From Puia sp. (GTDB taxonomy: Bacteria > Bacteroidota > Bacteroidia > Chitinophagales > Chitinophagaceae), in NCBI GenBank assembly GCA_036394375.1, contig DASWFF010000132.1, positions 210,333 to 274,332 of the forward strand: a stretch of DNA of 64,000 nt. Reading direction: 5' to 3'. Below the pieces are notes generated by a model. The model was given only the letters and a program-made list of their open reading frames with translations. It was not told the DNA's origin and searched no databases. Positions 28,012 to 36,223 of the stretch are shown here, piece by piece. The translations under genes and the position numbers were made by a program. Positions within the stretch are counted from its first letter, which is position 1. The number at the start of each line of letters is the position of its first letter.

Positions 28012-28980
28012 ATGCCCCGTTTTAATATCCATCACATAACGAAGTACACTTATGAGGGCCCCGTCAGGGACAGCGCTAACCAGATCGTTCTTTTTCCTAT
28101 CAAAGATGAATACCAGGAAGTGTTGGAACAGGAGTTGACCATTACGGGAGATCCGATCGTGGATATCTATAAAGATTATTATGAAAATGAAATAGGCTCT
28201 TTCACCAATGCGGAATCGCACACCTCTCTGACGATCGATTCAAAGCTGGATGTGATCACTAAACCCAGGCCGCCGATCAATGACGGGGCTGGAATAGAAG
28301 AGCAATGGAATTACCTGGAGCAGGTTCGCTGGCAGGTGCCGTATATCGATTTTCTAAAGCAGGAGCCGTTTGCCCACCTGACGGAGATCCTGGAGAACGC
28401 CCATGCAGACGAAGCCCGGACCCTCAGGCCCCTGGAAGCTGCCGAGCGGTTAAGGACCTATGTATACGATCACTTCAAATATATCAAAGGCGTCACCAGT
28501 GTGGAAACGACCCTCGATGAAATCTGGGATTTAAAGGCCGGAGTCTGTCAGGACTTTGCCCATATTTTACTGATATTATTGCGCCATCTCCGTATCCCCG
28601 CCCGTTATGTCAGCGGATATATTTGCCCCAACCAGAATGGGATGAGAGGCGAGGGCGCAACGCATGCCTGGATCGAAGCCTATATTCCTTTTAACGGATG
28701 GGTAGGCCTGGACCCGACCAATAATTGCCTGGTCGGAGACCTGCATGTACGCCTGGCCGTTGGCCGTAGTTTTTCCGACTGTTCACCGGTAAAGGGTACC
28801 TATAAAGGAACAGCCGGTCAGTCGCTGGAAGTAGGCGTATCGGTGTCTTATGAGAATGGCAGGACGACGGACGAAGTAGCTACGGTCCTGACGCCCCAGC
28901 CGGCCAGCCCGGGTAATGGGCCGGAACGAAATTCTTATCGCCGGTATTTGGAAATGCAGCAACAACAGCAGCAGCAATAA
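28012..28980 (+). CDS. Transglutaminase-like family protein with N-terminal Bact_transglu_N-type domain and poly-Q C-terminus
   Basis: Starts MPRFNIHHITKYTYEGPV. Catalytic Cys context GVCQDFAHILLILLRHLRIPARYVSGY, then HAWIEAY and GLDPTN (Cys-His-Asp triad). Ends EMQQQQQQQ. Confidence 0.88.
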   Translation: MPRFNIHHITKYTYEGPVRDSANQIVLFPIKDEYQEVLEQELTITGDPIVDIYKDYYENEIGSFTNAESHTSLTIDSKLDVITKPRPPINDGAGIEEQWNYLEQVRWQVPYIDFLKQEPFAHLTEILENAHADEARTLRPLEAAERLRTYVYDHFKYIKGVTSVETTLDEIWDLKAGVCQDFAHILLILLRHLRIPARYVSGYICPNQNGMRGEGATHAWIEAYIPFNGWVGLDPTNNCLVGDLHVRLAVGRSFSDCSPVKGTYKGTAGQSLEVGVSVSYENGRTTDEVATVLTPQPASPGNGPERNSYRRYLEMQQQQQQQ

Positions 28981-29035
28981 CCCGACCTGGACCCAACCGG
29001 CTCGACCCTCCACCACAGCCGCTTGACCTGCATCG

Positions 29036-29923
29036 TTAGTCCGGAATAACCCGCGTTTTATTGGCTCCTTCCTGCGCAGGCTCGCGCCCGCTGAACTTAC
29101 CCCCGGCCGGAGGCCGGTATTCCCCGAAAGGTATTTGCAGTAGTTTTCCCATCCTGTTATTTTCCTCTTCGTTTGGATAGGTGTCGATCCCATAATGCAG
29201 GGACCGGGTATCGTGTACGTATACATAGGTTCTGAAGAGACGGTCCCAGAAAGAAAAAATATTTCCATAATTGGTGTCTGTAAGGGGCTGCTCTGCATGA
29301 TGATGCACTTTATGCATGTCAGGGGAGACGATGATCCAGGCGATGGCTTTGTCCAGCCCCTTCGGCAGAGAGATATTGGCGTGGTTGAACTGAGCGAAGA
29401 TCACCGATAAGGACTGATAGAGAAAGACCAGCCAGACGGGGGCTCCCGTAAGGATCACCGCCAGCAGGGTAAAAAGGGCGCGGAAGATACTTTCTCCCGG
29501 GTGGTGGCGGTTAGCGGTGGTCGTATCCACCCAGGTATCGCTATGATGGATCAGGTGGAATTTCCACATCCATTTTACCTGGTGTTGCAGCCAGTGGATC
29601 AGCCAGGCGCCGATGAAATCCAGCAATATAAGCCCTGTCAGGCAGAACAGCCAACTGGGGAGGGGAACGATCCAGAGCAGCCCGATCTTATGTTGAGAGC
29701 CGTAATGACTGGCGCCAATGATAAGGGCGGCGAATGCGAGATTGATCAGGATGGTCGTAAACGTGAAAAAGAGATTTAATCCTGCGTGGCGCATTTTGCG
29801 GTAATGGAATCTGAATAAAGGGACGAAGCCCTCCAGGATCCAGAAGAATAAGAGCCCTCCGGCCAGGATCAATGAGCGTTGCCAGGATTGGATATGATCA
29901 AAATAATGGACAAGCTGTTCCAT
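29036..29923 (-). CDS. Sterol desaturase / fatty-acid hydroxylase family membrane protein
   Basis: Histidine boxes HWLQH, HLIHHSD and HKVHHH, with four N-terminal TM segments. Confidence 0.85.
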   Translation of the reverse strand: MEQLVHYFDHIQSWQRSLILAGGLLFFWILEGFVPLFRFHYRKMRHAGLNLFFTFTTILINLAFAALIIGASHYGSQHKIGLLWIVPLPSWLFCLTGLILLDFIGAWLIHWLQHQVKWMWKFHLIHHSDTWVDTTTANRHHPGESIFRALFTLLAVILTGAPVWLVFLYQSLSVIFAQFNHANISLPKGLDKAIAWIIVSPDMHKVHHHAEQPLTDTNYGNIFSFWDRLFRTYVYVHDTRSLHYGIDTYPNEEENNRMGKLLQIPFGEYRPPAGGKFSGREPAQEGANKTRVIPD

Positions 29924-29960
29924 ATCCCAAGATTTACCAGTAAGATAACGAAAAAAATCT

Positions 29961-30176
29961 TCATTTTTCCGTCTCTTCCAGCAGCTCGATGGCCCTCTGT
30001 GCCTGCGAGGGGTAAACCATTAGTTTCATACCTCCCATGGCGGGACTGAGGAAGGGATCCAGGGTAATCATGTATTCATCTTTCAGATGACAATTGATCC
30101 CTGCATCCTGTAACATAGACAGGGTGATGTGTGCGTAGATATAATTGTCGAAGGATCGTAGTTGTACAAAATCCAT
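29961..30176 (-). CDS. DUF2007-like small protein (putative signal-transducing protein fold)
   Basis: I prefer the internal start MDFVQLRSFDNYIYAHITLSMLQDAGINCHLKDEY...GGMKLMV, which fits the DUF2007 family pattern. Confidence 0.6.
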   Translation of the reverse strand: MDFVQLRSFDNYIYAHITLSMLQDAGINCHLKDEYMITLDPFLSPAMGGMKLMVYPSQAQRAIELLEETEK

Positions 30177-30221
30177 AAACACGTAAATTCTAAAGATCCA
30201 CCCGCAAAAAATCAATCAATC

Positions 30222-31337
30222 CTAGCTATTCAGCATCAGCGGCATTACCAGCATCAGTACTTCTTCATTCTCGTCCTGTTCGCTGGGCTTGATGATCCCG
30301 GCCTTGGTAGGGGTGGACAGCTCCATCCTTACTTCGTCTGAATCCGTCGAAGCCAGCATTTCTATGAGAAAGCGGGCATTGAAGGCGATAGCCAGGTCTT
30401 CTCCGTCGTACTGGCATTTCATGCGCTCGTTCCCTTCGAAAGAGAAGTCTACGTCCTGGGCGGTCAGTTGTAATTCACTGCCCTGGATATTCAATACGAC
30501 CTGGTTGGTGCTCTTATTACTGAAGATGCTCACCCGGCGAAGGGCGCTCTGGAAGTCATTACGGCTTACCACCAGCTTGTAGGGGTTGTCGGCCGGGATG
30601 ACCACTTTATAATCGGGGAAACGGGCGTCGATCAGCCGGCAGCTCATTTGCGTAGTGCCATGACTAACAAAAAGGTGATTGCTGTTGTAGCTGATGGTGA
30701 TCTCGTCCTGGTTGTCAGGGAGGGCCGATTTTAACAGGTTCAGGGGCTTTTTCGGAACGATCAGGGAATCGCTCTTCGGGCAGCTGATATCGGTGCGCTT
30801 GTAACGGACCAGGCGATGGGCGTCCGTTGCGACGAACTGTAATCCTTTTTTATCCATTTCAAAGAAGACCCCTGTCATAGCCGGTCGGAGGTCATCATTG
30901 CTCACGGCGAATAAAGTCTTATTAATAGCGGTCACCAGGGCTGAAGAGGTCGCCGTAAAGGACGTTGTTTCGTCAGTGGCGGGCTCTTTCGGAAAGTTGT
31001 CCGGGTTTTCTCCCATGACCTTGTATTTTCCGTTATCGCTGGTAAGCTCTACGGCGAAGTGTTTATCAATATTGAAAGTGAGGGGCTGATCCGGGATATT
31101 CTTCAGGGAGTCCATCAGGATCTTAGCCGGGATACATACTTTCCCCGTGTCTTTGGCTTCTATTTCCAGATGCACTTTCATCACGGTTTCCAGGTCGGTC
31201 GCGACTACGGTCAGTTTGTTCTTTTCGACCTCAAACAAAAAATCCTCCAAAATAGGCAAAACGGTATTCGCATTGATAACGCCGCTGATCTGTTGCAATT
31301 GTTTCAATAGAGCCGAAGAGGAAACGATAAACTTCAT
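30222..31337 (-). CDS. dnaN: DNA polymerase III beta sliding clamp
   Basis: I prefer the start MKFIVSSSALLKQLQQISGVI...LPILEDFLF. Three-domain clamp length (~371 aa). C-terminal LMLVMPLMLN. Confidence 0.93.
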   Translation of the reverse strand: MKFIVSSSALLKQLQQISGVINANTVLPILEDFLFEVEKNKLTVVATDLETVMKVHLEIEAKDTGKVCIPAKILMDSLKNIPDQPLTFNIDKHFAVELTSDNGKYKVMGENPDNFPKEPATDETTSFTATSSALVTAINKTLFAVSNDDLRPAMTGVFFEMDKKGLQFVATDAHRLVRYKRTDISCPKSDSLIVPKKPLNLLKSALPDNQDEITISYNSNHLFVSHGTTQMSCRLIDARFPDYKVVIPADNPYKLVVSRNDFQSALRRVSIFSNKSTNQVVLNIQGSELQLTAQDVDFSFEGNERMKCQYDGEDLAIAFNARFLIEMLASTDSDEVRMELSTPTKAGIIKPSEQDENEEVLMLVMPLMLNS

Positions 31338-31637
31338 GGAATATGTCTTTGAGGCGAAACTACTGATTCGTTGGTTAACGGCCAAGATTTGATTAGGGGC
31401 GGCTGACCCGGCCCAGGTCCAATTGTTAATTTCTTGTGACTAACCCGTTCCCTGGCGGACCAACACCCTGCCACCGGGGTCGGCTACTGGCATCCACCCG
31501 CGCTGACGGATGACCGCTCGTGAAAAGGCCGTAAATTCGCATCTCCAGCACATTTTTATATAACCAGTATGATCCGGCGCCAACAACGGCGAAGCCCTCA
31601 TGAACACCATTGAAAAGACAAAAAAAATTGTGAATAA

Positions 31638-32111
31638 TTGACCATCGAACAGGCCCTCCAGAAAGCCAGGCACTATTGCGCCTACCAGGAGCGTTGTCAC
31701 CAGGAAGTGAAAGAAAAGCTCTATTCTTTCGGGCTATGGAAAAAAGATGTGGAAGAGGCCATTTCCCGCCTTATCGAGGATAATTATCTCAATGAGGAGC
31801 GTTACGCCATCCAGTTTGCCGGTGGCCGGTTTCGTATGAAACAGTGGGGCCGGGTAAAGATCCGCTACGAATTAAAACAAAAGCAGGTGGGGGACTATTG
31901 CATTAAAAAAGCCCTGGCCGCTATCGACGAGGGGGACTATGGCCGTACCCTGACCAAACTGGCGGAGGGGAAATGGGAGACCCTCCGGGACGAACCCAAT
32001 TTATATATCCGCCGGAAAAAACTGCAGGACTATTTATTACAGAAGGGATATGAGTCAGGGCTGGTCAGCGAAGCCGTTAACCAGGCTGGTAGCCCCGGAG
32101 CCGGAAACTGA
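31638..32111 (+). CDS. recX: Regulatory protein RecX
   Basis: KARHYCAYQERCHQEVKEKL, LNEERYAIQFAGGRFRMKQWGRVKIRYELKQKQV. Predicted TTG start. Confidence 0.85.
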   Translation: MTIEQALQKARHYCAYQERCHQEVKEKLYSFGLWKKDVEEAISRLIEDNYLNEERYAIQFAGGRFRMKQWGRVKIRYELKQKQVGDYCIKKALAAIDEGDYGRTLTKLAEGKWETLRDEPNLYIRRKKLQDYLLQKGYESGLVSEAVNQAGSPGAGN

Positions 32112-32135
32112 TAAATCTTCTTATTTTGCAGTGAA

Positions 32136-32993
32136 ATGTCTACACTTACGATCACCACCATACAGGCAGATCTTCGATGGGAAGACAAGGCGGCTAATCT
32201 GCAACGCTTTGAGGAGAAGATCCATGGGATCCGCGAAAACACGGAAATCGTCGTGCTGCCCGAAATGTTCAGTACCGGCTTCAGCATGAAACCGGAGATG
32301 CTGGCCGAACGGATGGACGGCCCCACGCTGGACTGGATGAAAAAGGTCGCCGCCCAAAAGAAGATCATCCTCACCGGCAGCCTTATCATTGAAGAGGGGG
32401 GCCATTATTTCAACCGCCTCATCTGGATGCTGCCCAACGGACAATATGGCTATTATGACAAACGCCATCGTTTTGCCTACGCGGGGGAAGATGAACATTA
32501 TACGGCCGGGAAAAAAAGACTGATCGCCTCCGTAAAAGGCTGGAAGGTCAACCTGCTGGTCTGTTATGACCTGCGATTCCCGGTATGGAGCCGGCAGACA
32601 TCCGGGGTATCGCAGGATCCCGTCTCCGGGACATCGCTGATCCCGGGCCATCCGGCAGCAGCAGCTGTCGCGCCGGAGAGCCCTGAATACGACCTTCTTA
32701 TCTATGTCGCTAATTGGCCGGAACGCCGGAGTCTTGCCTGGAAGACCCTGCTGCAGGCCCGGGCCATCGAAAATCAATCTTATGTGATAGGAGTAAATCG
32801 CGTCGGAGAGGACGGGAATAAGATCGATCATAGCGGGGACTCCATGATCATCGATCCCCTGGGGGAAGTATTATATCATGGATTAAAGGAAGAAGCTATT
32901 TATACCTATACCTTGCGGAAAGAAAAATTGGAGGAAGTGCGGAGTCGATTCCCTTTTTGGCGGGATGCGGATCATTTCTCGATAGAACCTTAA
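32136..32993 (+). CDS. Carbon-nitrogen hydrolase (nitrilase superfamily), YafV/omega-amidase-like, with ~30-aa insert
   Basis: Catalytic E-K-C context LPEMF, YDKRHRF, VCYDLRFPVWSR, and YDLLIYVANWP. An extra segment QTSGVSQDPVSGTSLIPGHPAAAAVAPESPE lies between the last two blocks. Confidence 0.85.
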   Translation: MSTLTITTIQADLRWEDKAANLQRFEEKIHGIRENTEIVVLPEMFSTGFSMKPEMLAERMDGPTLDWMKKVAAQKKIILTGSLIIEEGGHYFNRLIWMLPNGQYGYYDKRHRFAYAGEDEHYTAGKKRLIASVKGWKVNLLVCYDLRFPVWSRQTSGVSQDPVSGTSLIPGHPAAAAVAPESPEYDLLIYVANWPERRSLAWKTLLQARAIENQSYVIGVNRVGEDGNKIDHSGDSMIIDPLGEVLYHGLKEEAIYTYTLRKEKLEEVRSRFPFWRDADHFSIEP

Positions 32994-33001
32994 ACAACTT
33001 T

Positions 33002-34114
33002 ATGGCAACGGCATTTATCGCCCGGGAGATCTTTACGGGACAAGAAATTCAGACGGGTAAAGCTGTCCTGGTCAGAGAAGGCAAAGTAGTGGATATTGTC
33101 CCGGTATCCGGTATCCCGGCGGATTACCGGCAGCGGCAGCTCCCGGGTTATATGCTGGCGCCCGCTTTTGTGGATCTGCAGATCTATGGCGGGAATGGAC
33201 AGCTATTTTCTGCGGAAATGACGACAGAGGCCCTGGACGCCGTTTATGAATATTGCCTCCAGGGAGGCTGCACCCAGTTCCTCATCACCCTGGCCACTAA
33301 CTCCATAGAGAAATTCCTGCAGGCGATGGACGTAGTGAAGAATTATCACGCGGGCGGAGGAAAGGGCTTGTTGGGCGTACATCTCGAAGGACCCTATATC
33401 AATCCGGAGAAAAAAGGGGCCCATGTAGAAAGATTTATCAAAAAGCCGACTCCGGACGAGATCCGGCTGCTCCTCGAAAGAGGAAAGGGCGTCTTTAAAA
33501 TGATGACCCTGGCGCCCGAGCAATGCGACCCCGCCTGCATCGAATTATTGCTTGAAAATAATATCGTCGTTTCCGCCGGCCACAGCAATGCCAGATACGG
33601 ACAGGCTATCAATGGCTTTTACCAGGGAATACCCGCCGCCACCCATCTTTTTAATGCCATGTCCCCCTTACAGGGCAGGGAGCCGGGAATGGTTGGGGCG
33701 GTGTATGATCACACAGATGTCAGGAGCAGCATCGTCTGCGATGGCATTCACGTGGATTTCGCTTCCGTCCGCATCAGTAAGAAAATATTGCAGGACCGCC
33801 TGTTCTTTATAACGGATGCGGTAGCGGAGGTGCCTTATGGAGATTATGTCCATGTTTTCAGGGGAGACCGGTATACCCTGCCGGACGGGACTTTGTCCGG
33901 TTCAGCCCTTACCATGCTGCAGGCGGTAAGGAACGGGGTGGAGAAAGCGGGCATCCCTCTCCCGGAAGCCCTCCGGATGGCCTCTCTTTATCCGGCTACG
34001 GTAATGGGTCTTGATAAAAAATGGGGAAATATCCGGGCCGGGGCGCAAGCCGATTTTGTCCTCCTGGACGAACAATTGAACCTGTTACAGGTGATCGTGG
34101 AGGGGGAGGGATAG
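33002..34114 (+). CDS. nagA: N-acetylglucosamine-6-phosphate deacetylase
   Basis: I prefer the start MATAFIAREIFTG. Motifs FVDLQIYGG, GVHLEGPYINPEKKGAH, SAGHSNA, THLFNAMS. Confidence 0.9.
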   Translation: MATAFIAREIFTGQEIQTGKAVLVREGKVVDIVPVSGIPADYRQRQLPGYMLAPAFVDLQIYGGNGQLFSAEMTTEALDAVYEYCLQGGCTQFLITLATNSIEKFLQAMDVVKNYHAGGGKGLLGVHLEGPYINPEKKGAHVERFIKKPTPDEIRLLLERGKGVFKMMTLAPEQCDPACIELLLENNIVVSAGHSNARYGQAINGFYQGIPAATHLFNAMSPLQGREPGMVGAVYDHTDVRSSIVCDGIHVDFASVRISKKILQDRLFFITDAVAEVPYGDYVHVFRGDRYTLPDGTLSGSALTMLQAVRNGVEKAGIPLPEALRMASLYPATVMGLDKKWGNIRAGAQADFVLLDEQLNLLQVIVEGEG

Positions 34115-34627
34115 AGCCTGTATTTTAGAAAAAAGATAGTCCTCCGCGCCGGCGTCGAATCCCGATTGCTGGTAGACGACCTGACCATTCTTAAGGATCA
34201 CGGCTTGGGGAAGATTATTGCCCTTCAAGGCTTGCTGGAGGTCGCCATTAATGTCCGCGCAGATATCGAAGCCGCGCCATTCATTCATATTGACCGTGGA
34301 TCGCATTCTGCTCAGGAGATTGCCCTGGTCGACACAGACGGCTATCAGTTTAAAGGAGGCGAGCTGCTTCCATTTATCGTATTGTTTATTAATAGCATTC
34401 AATTCATTCATGCTGGCGTCGGAGTTCACGGACCAGAAGCAGACCAGGATCACGGGGCTTTTCCGGGTCAGCTCCCCATAGGATACCAGGGGGCCTTTTA
34501 CCGTTTTCAATTGTATGGAGTCCAGGGGAACCGGCGCCTGTGCCGGGCCCTGTGCCCGTGCTGCTGACAGCATAGCCGTCAGAAGAATAAGACCGGAGAA
34601 AAGGAATATTTTTTTGGCAGGCGACAT
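34085..34627 (-). CDS. TlpA/redoxin-like thioredoxin-fold protein lacking the CxxC motif
   Basis: Signal peptide. The active-site position reads FWSVNSDASMNEL (SDAS where WCGPC is expected). The 3' end overlaps the nagA 3' end by 30 nt (convergent). Confidence 0.7.
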   Translation of the reverse strand: MSPAKKIFLFSGLILLTAMLSAARAQGPAQAPVPLDSIQLKTVKGPLVSYGELTRKSPVILVCFWSVNSDASMNELNAINKQYDKWKQLASFKLIAVCVDQGNLLSRMRSTVNMNEWRGFDICADINGDLQQALKGNNLPQAVILKNGQVVYQQSGFDAGAEDYLFSKIQALSLPLHDHL

Positions 34628-34690
34628 ATGAAAATGCTTACTTCTAAAATACGAAAATTCCGACGTTTTGCCCCCGGCCGGGAAGCCCGC

Positions 34691-36217
34691 TTATTTTTTC
34701 ATGGCAGCATGTGACAGGATCAATTCCTTTGCTTTGGCCGTCTTGAAATCGAGCCCTTTCAGAATAGCCTCCACACTGGGCGGGGCGGGTACGTCCGGCA
34801 CGACGCCCAGGCCGTTTTTTTCCCGGGCCTTGTCCACGACCAGGCGGTACCTGGGCAGGCGAAAACGGATCCCTGTAACGGGTAATGTTACGTTCGGGAT
34901 CATCCAGGCCGTATTGCCATAGTATCCGCCTCCGGTCTCTTCCCCCACCAGGATCACATTTTTTTGCCCTTTCAGGGCTCCGGCGAACAGGCAGGTCGCG
35001 GAAAAGGAGTTGCCGCCCGTAAGGATATAGACCTGGCCGTTGAAATGGTGTTTTTGTATAGGGCTGTAATGGCGCCTCTCAAAATATCCAAAATGATATT
35101 TTCCGTCGGCTCGTTTGCGGCTGACCACCGTCATGAGGAAGTCGTATAAAAGACCCTTCCCGATATACTTGTCGTAACGGCTGGCACGGCGGATGGCATA
35201 AAGGGAGTCGGCCACTTTGAATTTTTTGTCGATAATATAACGGGTAAGCAGGGTGGAGTTGGTGGCATCCCCTCCTCCGTTCGAGCGGACGTCGATGACC
35301 AGGTTTTGAACCTTTTTTTCATCCAGGGTCCGGAAAGACCGATGAAAAAAGTGTCCGAGGCGGTTGCCGTTCTCAAAGGTGTTCAACGTCATAAAAGCGG
35401 TATTGGTGGCGCTGTCGGTCTGTAAATTGCGGGTGAGGAACCGCTCTCTTTTTTTCTGGCTTTTCCGACCTGGCGCCCTTCTCTGGCCGGGTTCCGGCGC
35501 CGGGCGGCCCGGAAAGGGCCGGGCTCTTCTCAGCGTATCCGCCTTCGGATCATAGAGTGGGACCCGGGTTTCCTTCAGGACCTTGTCCGAATCGAGATAA
35601 CCGATCGTGAAGCTGTTCGAAAAACCGATAACATGCTGGTACCAGAAACTGAAGTTGAAGCCCGTGCTCAGGTATTGGTATTTACCGGTGAGGTTGTACC
35701 CGTCGCTAACGAAATAATTGAACAGGGTATCCCTTAACCGGGGAGCCGTCCACCCATCGATGCTTTCGATGATCGTGCCTCTTTTCAGGAGGGTGTCCCT
35801 CCGGTTGAGATTGGCAACCACGACCATGGTATCCTTCCAGAATTTTAGGAGAAGGGGGAACTGGGGCAGTTTTGCCGTGTCCAGGTACTTGCCGTATTGT
35901 TTGGAATACCGGAGGGAGGTATGTCCGCAATCGACTTTGGCAATCACATAACTTAGAAGGACCCTGAATTCGGTCTCTGTCATGGAATCCGTCAACTGCC
36001 CGTACCCCTTATCAAAAAAATAATTCATACTATCCCGGGAGGTATACCAATAGAGGCTTGGGTGTAAGTCCTCCAGGATATGACGGAATAACTGGTAGTC
36101 ACTCCTTAAGGCTGCCGGGGAATATTTTTGAGCGGGATTAAAGGCTTGCTTCGATACCCGGCAGGAGAAACAAAGAGTGAACAGGGCGGAAAAGGCTAAA
36201 TAATAAAGTTTCTTCAT
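34691..36217 (-). CDS. S41 family peptidase (tail-specific protease-like)
   Basis: VIDVRSNGGGD and GGNSFSATCLFAGALK (catalytic Ser context), with a Lys region downstream. Signal/lipoprotein-like N-terminus. Contains a basic Pro/Arg-rich insert. Confidence 0.82.
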   Translation of the reverse strand: MKKLYYLAFSALFTLCFSCRVSKQAFNPAQKYSPAALRSDYQLFRHILEDLHPSLYWYTSRDSMNYFFDKGYGQLTDSMTETEFRVLLSYVIAKVDCGHTSLRYSKQYGKYLDTAKLPQFPLLLKFWKDTMVVVANLNRRDTLLKRGTIIESIDGWTAPRLRDTLFNYFVSDGYNLTGKYQYLSTGFNFSFWYQHVIGFSNSFTIGYLDSDKVLKETRVPLYDPKADTLRRARPFPGRPAPEPGQRRAPGRKSQKKRERFLTRNLQTDSATNTAFMTLNTFENGNRLGHFFHRSFRTLDEKKVQNLVIDVRSNGGGDATNSTLLTRYIIDKKFKVADSLYAIRRASRYDKYIGKGLLYDFLMTVVSRKRADGKYHFGYFERRHYSPIQKHHFNGQVYILTGGNSFSATCLFAGALKGQKNVILVGEETGGGYYGNTAWMIPNVTLPVTGIRFRLPRYRLVVDKAREKNGLGVVPDVPAPPSVEAILKGLDFKTAKAKELILSHAAMKK

Positions 36218-36223
36218 GAAAAC

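Noticed and set aside
31386-31637. GC-rich 250-bp spacer between dnaN and recX, including an 86-aa minus ORF, considered as a riboswitch (cobalamin/TPP) or ncRNA.
   Set aside because: No B12 box, no TPP CTGAGA/ACCTGATCTGGATAATGCCAGCG elements, only weak imperfect dyads, and the ORF has no recognisable features.
32121-32831. 236-aa minus-strand ORF covering most of the nitrilase-family gene.
   Set aside because: The plus-strand frame carries the full Glu-Lys-Cys nitrilase signature. The antisense ORF has no recognisable motifs.
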